NCBI GenBank assembly: GCA_023489275.1
Contig: JAMDDD010000024.1
Coordinates: forward strand, 10,788-74,787
Origin: Actinomycetota bacterium
Lineage (GTDB): Bacteria > Actinomycetota > Thermoleophilia > BMS3ABIN01
Reading direction: 5' to 3'
DNA length: 64,000 nucleotides
The position numbers and the translations under genes were made by a program. The first letter of the stretch is position 1. The number at the start of each line of letters is the position of its first letter. Below, piece after piece: positions 57,110-64,000 of the stretch. The notes beneath the pieces were generated by a model that had not been told where the DNA came from, made no database searches, and saw only the letters and a program-made list of their open reading frames with translations.

Positions 57110-58357
57110 ATGGCCAAGAATAATGAAACGGGGCAGCCTGATGAGGAGGCCCTTCCCGATGCGGTATCAGCCATGGTGGGCGAGAAATCTCCCGTCCCCG
57201 GCATCAGCCGCAATGTCTTCATCCTGGGCATCACCAGCTTTTTTACCGATCTTTCGACCGAAGTTGTCTATCCACTGGTGCCACTGTTTCTGACCGCCGT
57301 TCTGGGGGCGCCTTTTTTTGTGGTCGGCCTGATCGAAGGCATCGCCGAAAGCACGGCCAGCCTGCTGAAGATCTTTTCCGGCTGGACATCTGACCGCATG
57401 CGGCGGCGGCTGCCGCTGACGGTGATCGGGTACAGCGTTTCCGGACTTGCCAAGCCGCTCCTGGCGACAGCTACCGTATGGCCGGTTGTGCTTGTGCTCC
57501 GCTTTGGCGACCGGCTGGGAAAGGGGATCCGCAACCCGCCGCGCGACGCTCTCATTGCCGATTCTTCCGAACCTTTGAGGCGCGGCCGCGTCTTCGGCTT
57601 TCACCGGGCGATGGATACCGCCGGCGCTTCTTTGGGCGCGATCGCCGCTCTGGCGGCGCTGGCGTTCCTGGGCGAACGGTATCGGCTCATCTTCCTTCTT
57701 TCCGCGGTACCGGCGGTGCTGGGTGTGGTCAGTCTCTTTTTCATCCGCGAGCGCGTCCACCCGCACCGGCGAACGCTGCCGCCCCGGCTCTCGTTATCAC
57801 AACTCGACCATCGCTTCAAAATATTCCTGCTGGCCAGCGCCATCTTTGCCCTGGGAAACTCCAGCGACGCGTTCCTGATTTTGCGAGCAAAAAACCTGGG
57901 GCTGTCGGCTCTGGGAGCGGTGATGGCCTACGTGATTTACAATCTTGTTTACGGTTCCCTGTCGATGCCGGCGGGCTCGCTTTCCGACCGGATCGGCCGC
58001 CGGCGAGTGATCGCTGGCGGATTTGTCATCTTTTCACTGGTTTACGCCGGTTTTGCCTTGGCGACCGGAGCCCTTTTTGTCTGGCCGCTGTTTGCTGTTT
58101 ACGGCATCTACATGGCAATGACTGAGGGAGTCGGCAAGGCATTTGCCGCCGACATGGCGCCGGCCGGCGCCCGCGGCACCGCTTTGGGAGCTTACCAGAC
58201 CGTAACCGGAGCCCTGACTTTTTTCTCCAGCCTGACTGCCGGGATCCTTTGGGATACGATCGGGCCGTTTGCTCCCTTCCTTTTCGGGGCCGCCGCCGCA
58301 ATCCTGGCGGCAGGCGTGCTCGTAGACGCTACACGGATGCGCCCATCAGCCTCCTGA
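57110..58357 (+). CDS. MFS transporter
   Basis: Twelve TM helices; GDRLGKGIRNPPRDALI (MFS motif A) is present. Confidence 0.8.
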   Translation: MAKNNETGQPDEEALPDAVSAMVGEKSPVPGISRNVFILGITSFFTDLSTEVVYPLVPLFLTAVLGAPFFVVGLIEGIAESTASLLKIFSGWTSDRMRRRLPLTVIGYSVSGLAKPLLATATVWPVVLVLRFGDRLGKGIRNPPRDALIADSSEPLRRGRVFGFHRAMDTAGASLGAIAALAALAFLGERYRLIFLLSAVPAVLGVVSLFFIRERVHPHRRTLPPRLSLSQLDHRFKIFLLASAIFALGNSSDAFLILRAKNLGLSALGAVMAYVIYNLVYGSLSMPAGSLSDRIGRRRVIAGGFVIFSLVYAGFALATGALFVWPLFAVYGIYMAMTEGVGKAFAADMAPAGARGTALGAYQTVTGALTFFSSLTAGILWDTIGPFAPFLFGAAAAILAAGVLVDATRMRPSAS

Positions 58358-58486
58358 GCAGTGGAACGGTCATCACGGGACGTCGCCCTTGCGCAGGGCC
58401 GGCAGTTGTTCAACGAACATCCGTGCGGGGTATATAATGTTCGCGTCAGAAATGCCGATTAGGTCTGGCAAAGATGGAGCTACCAG

Positions 58487-58816
58487 ATGGCCTTGGAGCA
58501 AAGCAAAGATGAAAATAAAACTCCGGCAGAGGCCGGCGAGGGCGGCGCGGCCGCTGGCAAGCCTGCCACCACGCCGATTAAGGTTTACAGCCATGCCGGC
58601 TATAAACGCGATGAACGGCCGCGCGCTTTCGAGCTGGAAGGCAGGCGTCTGACAGTTCTTCGGGTCAAGAAGACCTGGCAGGAAGAATCTGCCGCGAGCG
58701 GGCGCCGCAAGACCGTTTTTCGTGTGCATGCGCATGACGGCCGCAGTTACGACATCGCTCTGGACGGCGCCACCGGCCAGTGGACACTGGAGCCCTTTAA
58801 TCGCAAGCGAACCTGA
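58487..58816 (+). CDS. Hypothetical protein
   Basis: 109-aa ORF with no recognisable motif; overlaps the annotated galT start. Confidence 0.3.
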   Translation: MALEQSKDENKTPAEAGEGGAAAGKPATTPIKVYSHAGYKRDERPRAFELEGRRLTVLRVKKTWQEESAASGRRKTVFRVHAHDGRSYDIALDGATGQWTLEPFNRKRT

Positions 58817-59816
58817 GGAACAGACGCCATCACAGCCGCAGCCGGAGCTGCGGCGAGATCCGATCACCGGCGAATGGGTAATTCTCGCCGCCGGCCGGCT
58901 TAAGCGCCCCCACGCCCCGGTAAATCCCGCACCGGCTCAACCCCGCGAGGAGTGTCCATTCTGTCCCGGGCGTGAGGACTGTACGCCGCCGGAAATCTGC
59001 TCCGTGCGCGGCCACGGCCAGCGCAACGGACCGGGCTGGAGCGTCCGGACGCTACCGAACAAATTCCCGATCCTGGTGAGCGAGGCTCCCCGCGCCGGCA
59101 TGGAGCGGGCGCTTTCCCCGGACCGGCGCCCGGCGCTGGGAACCAGCGAAGTAATCGTAGATACCCCCGAGCACGATCTGGCACCGTGGGAATTGGGGCC
59201 CGGTCAGGTCAAGGAGATGCTGGCGATGTACCAGGAGCGGATACAGGCGCTGGCGAAGGAGGGGCGGACAAGTTACGTCCATCTTATCCGCAATCACGGC
59301 ACCGGCGCCGCCTCATCGCTAGAGCATCCGCATTCCCAGCTTTTCGGGCTTCCCTTCATCCCGCCGACGATCGACGCCGAACTGGACGGTTTTGTCTCCG
59401 CCCACCCCGGGGAGGCCGGCTGCGTGCTTTGTGACATTGTCCGGGATGAGGAGGAAACCGGCACGCAACTGGTGATGACTTCGGAGAACTTTGTTGTATT
59501 TTGCCCGTTTGCCTCGAGACTGCCGTATGAAACCTGGGTCGTACCTCGCCGGCACCAGTTACGGTTTGAGAAATGCCGGGAACTGGACGATCTGGCTGAA
59601 GTTTTCACGGATGTGCTCATGCGGTTCAAGGAACGGCTGAACGATCCTCCTTTCAATTACTGGGTGCACACCTATCCTGTGAGCGGCGAGTCGCGCCCGT
59701 TTCACTGGCACATCGAAATCTTGCCGCGCCTGACGGTGCCGGGCGGCCTCGAGCTTGGCGCCGGCGTCTGGGTTAATACGGTGCCGCCCGAGGAAGCAGC
59801 CGCGCTGCTCAGGTAG
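58722..59816 (+). CDS. galT: Galactose-1-phosphate uridylyltransferase (HIT family GalT)
   Basis: DPITGEWVILAAGRLKRPH, CPFCPGRE zinc motif and the HPHSQLF catalytic motif. The true start may be an internal ATG at 58728 or 58734. Confidence 0.75.
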   Translation: MCMRMTAAVTTSLWTAPPASGHWSPLIASEPEEQTPSQPQPELRRDPITGEWVILAAGRLKRPHAPVNPAPAQPREECPFCPGREDCTPPEICSVRGHGQRNGPGWSVRTLPNKFPILVSEAPRAGMERALSPDRRPALGTSEVIVDTPEHDLAPWELGPGQVKEMLAMYQERIQALAKEGRTSYVHLIRNHGTGAASSLEHPHSQLFGLPFIPPTIDAELDGFVSAHPGEAGCVLCDIVRDEEETGTQLVMTSENFVVFCPFASRLPYETWVVPRRHQLRFEKCRELDDLAEVFTDVLMRFKERLNDPPFNYWVHTYPVSGESRPFHWHIEILPRLTVPGGLELGAGVWVNTVPPEEAAALLR

Positions 59817-59835
59817 CTGGAGTTAAAGGACCGGG

Positions 59836-60444
59836 ATGACTGACAACGTCTTTGAACGTTTCCAGCAGACGGGCGAAGACCTGGCCTGGAACCGCCTGAC
59901 GACCACTCACGGCGGAAACATGAGCTTGCGTCATCAGGGCCGGATGGCGATCACTACCCACTTTTCCATGCCGGGGCGGCTGCTGCCTGGTAACGTGGTC
60001 GAGATCCCGCTCAGGGAAGAACCTGACCGCTTCGCCAGCGATGCATCGTGGGACGCGCCGCTGCATCAGCTAATCTATAAATTCACGCCGGCGGCGGCCA
60101 TAATTCACGCCCATCCAGCTTATGCTGTTGCTATTTCGATGAGATGTGACATTATTACGCCCATCGATACCGAGGGCTCGGTTCTGCTCAGGGAAGTTGC
60201 GGTCGTGGCTCCGGAGGATGCCTCCAGCCGCCTCCCCCAGGTGCTGCAAACAACAGTTGCCGCGATCGTGAGGGGGCATGGCAGCTATGCCGTCGGACGC
60301 ACCCTGAACGAGGCGCTGGCTTTCACGGCGGCGATGGAATTCTCCTGCAAAGTATTGATGCTAAGCGCACGCCATGAGGCAAAGATTGACCGGGGCCGGC
60401 CGGCAGCTGAAAACGGGTTTAAGCCTGGCGACATCAGCAGATGA
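59836..60444 (+). CDS. Class II aldolase/adducin family protein
   Basis: HGGNMS...AIIHAHPAYAVAIS metal-binding His pattern. Confidence 0.75.
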   Translation: MTDNVFERFQQTGEDLAWNRLTTTHGGNMSLRHQGRMAITTHFSMPGRLLPGNVVEIPLREEPDRFASDASWDAPLHQLIYKFTPAAAIIHAHPAYAVAISMRCDIITPIDTEGSVLLREVAVVAPEDASSRLPQVLQTTVAAIVRGHGSYAVGRTLNEALAFTAAMEFSCKVLMLSARHEAKIDRGRPAAENGFKPGDISR

Positions 60445-60535
60445 AACACGAAATGACGATATCCTCACAACTTGAGAAAACTGATCGGTTTATTGATAAG
60501 ATGGCGCGGGGTAGAGACCGAGGTGGTGATAAGTA

Positions 60536-61597
60536 GTGGCAACCGGTAAGGAGACCAGGCTTACCCGCCTGGCGCATGGCTCCGGCTGAGCCTGCAAGCT
60601 AAGTCCGTCGGACTTGGAAGTGATTTTAAAGACGCTGGCGTTGCCGGCCGATCCGCGCGTTCTCGCTGGCATTCGCTCCGGCGAGGATTGCGCCGTTTTT
60701 CAGATCTCGGAGGACACCGCGATCATCCAGACGGTCGATTACTTTACGCCGATTGTCGATGACCCCTATCAGTATGGCGCCATCGCCGTCGCCAACGCTT
60801 TAAGCGATGTCTACGCCATGGGAGCCGCGCCGCTCTTTGCCTTGAACGTGGTCGGCTTTCACACAGCGGATCTGCCTCTTGACACGCTTGCCGAAATTTT
60901 ACGAGGCGGCGCCGACAAGGCCCGGGAGGCGGGAATCGAGATCATTGGCGGCCACACCGTCGATGACAGGGAACCAAAATACGGGGTCTCCGTAACCGGC
61001 CTTAGCGATCCGGGCAAGCTGATTTACAACTCAACGGCGCAGGCCGGCGATGCGCTATTTCTGACAAAGCCACTGGGGCTCGGTGTCATCACGACCGGCA
61101 TCAAGCGCGGCACCGCCAGCGATGCCGCCATCAGCCGGGCAGTCGAAGTGATGGTGCGGCTGAACCGCGACGCCTCCGAAGCGATGGTGGATGTTGGCGT
61201 CAACGCCTGCACTGACATCACCGGTTACGGCCTGCTGGGACACATGGGCGAGATGACCCGGGCCAGCGGCGTCGGCGCCCGCGTCCACTCCCGGGCCGTG
61301 CCGGTCATTCAGGCAGCCAGGGATATGATCGAGGCAGACCTGGACGCCGTCCCGAGAGGCTCGAAAAACAACCTCGAATACGTCAAGCGCTTCGTGAACT
61401 TCGATCCGGGAATCACGCAAGCGGAGAGGCTGCTGCTGGCAGACGCCCAGACTTCTGGCGGCCTGCTGATATCGTGTCCACCGGAAAAAGCAGACCGGCT
61501 GGAAAAGGCGCTGCGGAACGCGGGCACGATCACTGCTGCCCGAATCGGCGTCATGGAAGCGGAAGACGATACCGGACGCATTGACGTGGTGCCTTAG
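60536..61597 (+). CDS. selD: Selenide, water dikinase SelD; selenoprotein with in-frame UGA (Sec) at 60587–60589
   Basis: GTG at 60536 follows GAGGTGG. The translation M-ATGKETRLTRLAHGSG-U-ACKLSPSDLEVIL aligns to the SelD [18 protein letters not shown] motif, with UGA at the catalytic Cys/Sec position. The remaining 327 aa (AIR-synthase-like fold, DPYQYGAIAVANALSDVYAMGA) are SelD. Confidence 0.8.
60602..60616 (+). promoter_or_regulatory. SECIS-like hairpin 12 nt downstream of the selD UGA
   Basis: AAGUCCGUCGGACUU palindrome (6-bp stem extendable with G-U pairs). Confidence 0.4.
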
Positions 61598-61666
61598 GGT
61601 TGCTAAAACCCCGGAGATTTGCCTTCGCCTCGGCCTTTACCACAAATCATCTGCCAAGCCAGGCTC

Positions 61667-63988
61667 TTATGACGCTTTGCGCTGCTGTCCTTTGCTGCCA
61701 AGAATCGCCTGGATATGCTTTCCCAGCTCGCTCGGGTCAAAAGGCTTTACCAGATACGGGGCCCCCAGCTTGCTGAGGTAAGTCTGGGTCTTTGGATTTA
61801 CTGAATCGCCCGATATAAAAATGAACCTGCGGGCCAGCTCCGGATTCATCTGCCGGATCGCTTCCAGCAAAGTGGGGCCATCCATCCGCGGCATGCGCAC
61901 ATCACTGACGACGCAATCATAGCGGTCCCGCTTCAGCATCTTGAGGGCGACGTTGCCATCCCTCGCGGTATCAACGCTGTGGCCCATCTTGCGCATGGCT
62001 TCGGCCAGCACCTTCCGTACCGTCGCCTCATCGTCCACCAGCAATATCTTTCCCGAAGCCAGGCCGTCCGCCGGCGCTTGAGCACCAGAAAGCTTCTGCT
62101 CACTGACCTGTACAATCGGCAGCTCCACAGCCATCTTCGCCCCCGCGCCGCTGCCCGGCTCCAGCCAGATGCGACCGTTGTGCTCCTCGATGATTCCGTA
62201 ACAGATGCTCAGGCCGAGGCCGGTTCCCTTGCCAACGTCCTTGGTGGTAAAGAAAGGGTCAAATACCCTGTCTCTTAGCTCTTCGGGGACCCCGGGACCG
62301 TTGTCGGCGAATTCAATCCGGATCGCGCCCCGGGAAATGCCGGTGGAAATCACGATTCTGCCGGAGCCCTGGTCCTCCAGCATTGCCTGCTCTGCGTTTG
62401 TGATCAGATTGAGAAACACCTGCTGCAGCTGGTGCGGATCGGCCATGGTCAGCGGGAGGTGCGCCTTCAGTCTGGTTTCGACGGTGATGTTGTTGACTTT
62501 CAAGTCGTAAGCTTTAAGCTCAATTGATTCCAGGACCAGATTGTTAATATCGACAGCTTTCTGCTCTGGAGCGTGCTTGCGCGCAAATGAAAGCAGGTGC
62601 CTGACGATCTTGGTCGCCCGCTCGGCCTCACTGTAGATCGCCTCGGCATCCTTCTTTGCCTTCTCGCCAATGTCCTGGGAAAGCAACAACTGGGAGTAAC
62701 CGATAACGCCCGTCAGCGGATTGTTGATCTCGTGGGCGACCCCTGACACCAACTGCCCCACGGCCACCATCTTCTCCGACTGGATCAACTGCTGGCGCAA
62801 CCGCTTGGATTCAGTAATATCACGGAGAAAATGGACGGCGCCAATCTTGTTTCCTTCGGCATCAAACATAGGATCAACAGTCAACTCAAGCATCCGGCCG
62901 TCAGGAGTCATCTGCTCTGCCTTTGACGGGGAATCTCCCGGCACCGCCTTGTACAGCGGACAGCTGGGCGGCTCGCAGCAGAGATTGTGAATCACCTTGT
63001 GGCACCTCTCACCGAGAAAGTCATTGATCCGCCCACCGAGCATCCGCGCCGCCGCTTCATTCATCCGTTTGATGCGGCGGTCCTGACCGATGATAACGAT
63101 TCCGTCGGTGACGCTGTCAAAGGTGGTCTCCCATTCTGTCTTGGCCCGGGAAATGTCCTCAAACAGCCGCTGGTTCGCAATCGACAGGGCCACGTGCGCC
63201 GCGATCGGGCTCAGCTCGTCCAGGTCGTCCTTGCTGAAAGCATTTCTGTCCTTGCTCGCGAGATTCAGAGTCCCGATCACTTCACCCTTGGCAAACAACG
63301 GGATGATCAACTGCGAGCAGTAGCCCGCCGCCACCAGCTGCTTTTGCCTTTTGCACACTGGGGCTCGGCTGATATCACCGGACAGGTATGGCTTGCCTGT
63401 CAGCATGACGGTTCCCGGAAGCGAATCTTTGGCGGGAAAGGTTGACTCATCTGTCCACGCCTCCGGGCTGTCGCCGCTTTGAGCAAGCAGTCTGACCATC
63501 CCTTCCTGCGCGTCGGTGGTGACGCTGATCCGGTCAAAGGCAATCAGCTTCTTTGCCTGCGTCAGAAAATCATCCCAAACGGTGCTCAAGTCGAGGCTGG
63601 ACGACAGAGCCGTGATAATGCGGTTCTTGGCCAGCGCTTTCCTGGCATGCTCGACCGACTCCAGGTACAGTATCGAGTTTTCAACCGCCACGCCGACCTG
63701 GTTTCCAATCAGTCTCAACAGGCGGCTATCCTCCTCGGAAAAGTAACCAGCGGCAGTTGATGCCAGGATCATGCTGCCAACTACTTTGTCATTTGCCACC
63801 AGCGGAACTCCCAAAACCGCCCGATTCCCGGCCCTGACAATCGCTTTAACCATATTTTTTTCATCCAGCATGTCACTGATTATCACGGCTTCACCGCTGT
63901 GATATACCCGCCAGGCAATGCCCATGCCTTTCTCCGCCGTTTCCAGCGCCATTCGTTCCTCGTCGGAGATATTTCTGCTTGCCGTCAT
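61667..63988 (-). CDS. Hybrid sensor histidine kinase/response regulator (GAF–GAF–PAS–HisKA–HATPase–REC)
   Basis: H-box (VSGVAHEINNPL), N/G boxes (NLITNAEQAM, DNGPGV, GTGLGLS) and a C-terminal receiver (ILLVDDE...SDVRMPRMDG). Confidence 0.8.
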   Translation of the reverse strand: MTASRNISDEERMALETAEKGMGIAWRVYHSGEAVIISDMLDEKNMVKAIVRAGNRAVLGVPLVANDKVVGSMILASTAAGYFSEEDSRLLRLIGNQVGVAVENSILYLESVEHARKALAKNRIITALSSSLDLSTVWDDFLTQAKKLIAFDRISVTTDAQEGMVRLLAQSGDSPEAWTDESTFPAKDSLPGTVMLTGKPYLSGDISRAPVCKRQKQLVAAGYCSQLIIPLFAKGEVIGTLNLASKDRNAFSKDDLDELSPIAAHVALSIANQRLFEDISRAKTEWETTFDSVTDGIVIIGQDRRIKRMNEAAARMLGGRINDFLGERCHKVIHNLCCEPPSCPLYKAVPGDSPSKAEQMTPDGRMLELTVDPMFDAEGNKIGAVHFLRDITESKRLRQQLIQSEKMVAVGQLVSGVAHEINNPLTGVIGYSQLLLSQDIGEKAKKDAEAIYSEAERATKIVRHLLSFARKHAPEQKAVDINNLVLESIELKAYDLKVNNITVETRLKAHLPLTMADPHQLQQVFLNLITNAEQAMLEDQGSGRIVISTGISRGAIRIEFADNGPGVPEELRDRVFDPFFTTKDVGKGTGLGLSICYGIIEEHNGRIWLEPGSGAGAKMAVELPIVQVSEQKLSGAQAPADGLASGKILLVDDEATVRKVLAEAMRKMGHSVDTARDGNVALKMLKRDRYDCVVSDVRMPRMDGPTLLEAIRQMNPELARRFIFISGDSVNPKTQTYLSKLGAPYLVKPFDPSELGKHIQAILGSKGQQRKAS

Positions 63989-64000
63989 CTCCAGCCGTCC

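Noticed and set aside
57167-57766. 199-aa minus-strand ORF
   Set aside because: Antisense to the MFS transporter gene.
60445-60613. Possible tRNA-Sec or other structured RNA upstream of the annotated selD start
   Set aside because: No cloverleaf with an 8/5 or 9/4 acceptor/T arrangement, and no UCA anticodon loop. Instead the region is the true 5' coding end of selD (GTG 60536, Sec UGA 60587).

Overview
This is a high-GC (~60%) bacterial chromosomal window of 64 kb, densely coding on both strands. I found no rRNA, tRNA or CRISPR. The gene order mnmE–mnmG–rsmG–parA–parB, with ricT/holB/tmk, rph–rdgB, murI and topoisomerase nearby, suggests the window lies near the replication origin.

Seven regions go beyond plain ORF calling:
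1. An M-box (Mg2+) riboswitch lies at ~1270–1490. It leads an operon encoding a soluble MgtE-type cytosolic sensor module (MgtE_N plus tandem CBS, no pore domain), followed by an NRAMP-related transporter with an altered metal-binding motif (NRMT-like).
2. A fluoride riboswitch lies at ~56150–56212, directly upstream of crcB and a DUF190 gene.
3. selD is a selenoprotein gene. The six-frame ORF track truncated it at an in-frame TGA (60587–60589), which aligns with the catalytic Cys/Sec position. A SECIS-like hairpin starts 12 nt downstream of the TGA.
4. An exact 1182-bp tandem duplication covers 26289–27470 and 27471–28652.
   - Each unit carries the 3' third of a presenilin-like (A22-type) intramembrane protease gene.
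   - Each unit carries a complete gene for a 144-aa protein with four predicted transmembrane helices.
   - Each unit carries a low-GC IS110-family remnant: a non-coding left end with a perfect hairpin, plus a frameshifted transposase N-terminal fragment.
   - The duplication junction sits inside the transposase fragment.
5. A half-length MnmG/GidA paralog of 352 aa sits between mnmE and mnmG. It keeps the FAD-binding fold but has lost the catalytic Cys and the C-terminal MnmE-interaction domain.
6. A Roadblock/LC7 gene is translationally coupled to parB.
7. Two co-oriented genes of unknown joint function encode an ABC_ATPase-class protein and a PAPS-reductase-family protein.

The window also carries an ABC-2 exporter operon behind an AbrB-type regulator, Hsp20, a site-2 protease, nrdR–nrdJ, tatC, a GGDEF cyclase, a CsoR-family repressor and a hybrid histidine kinase.
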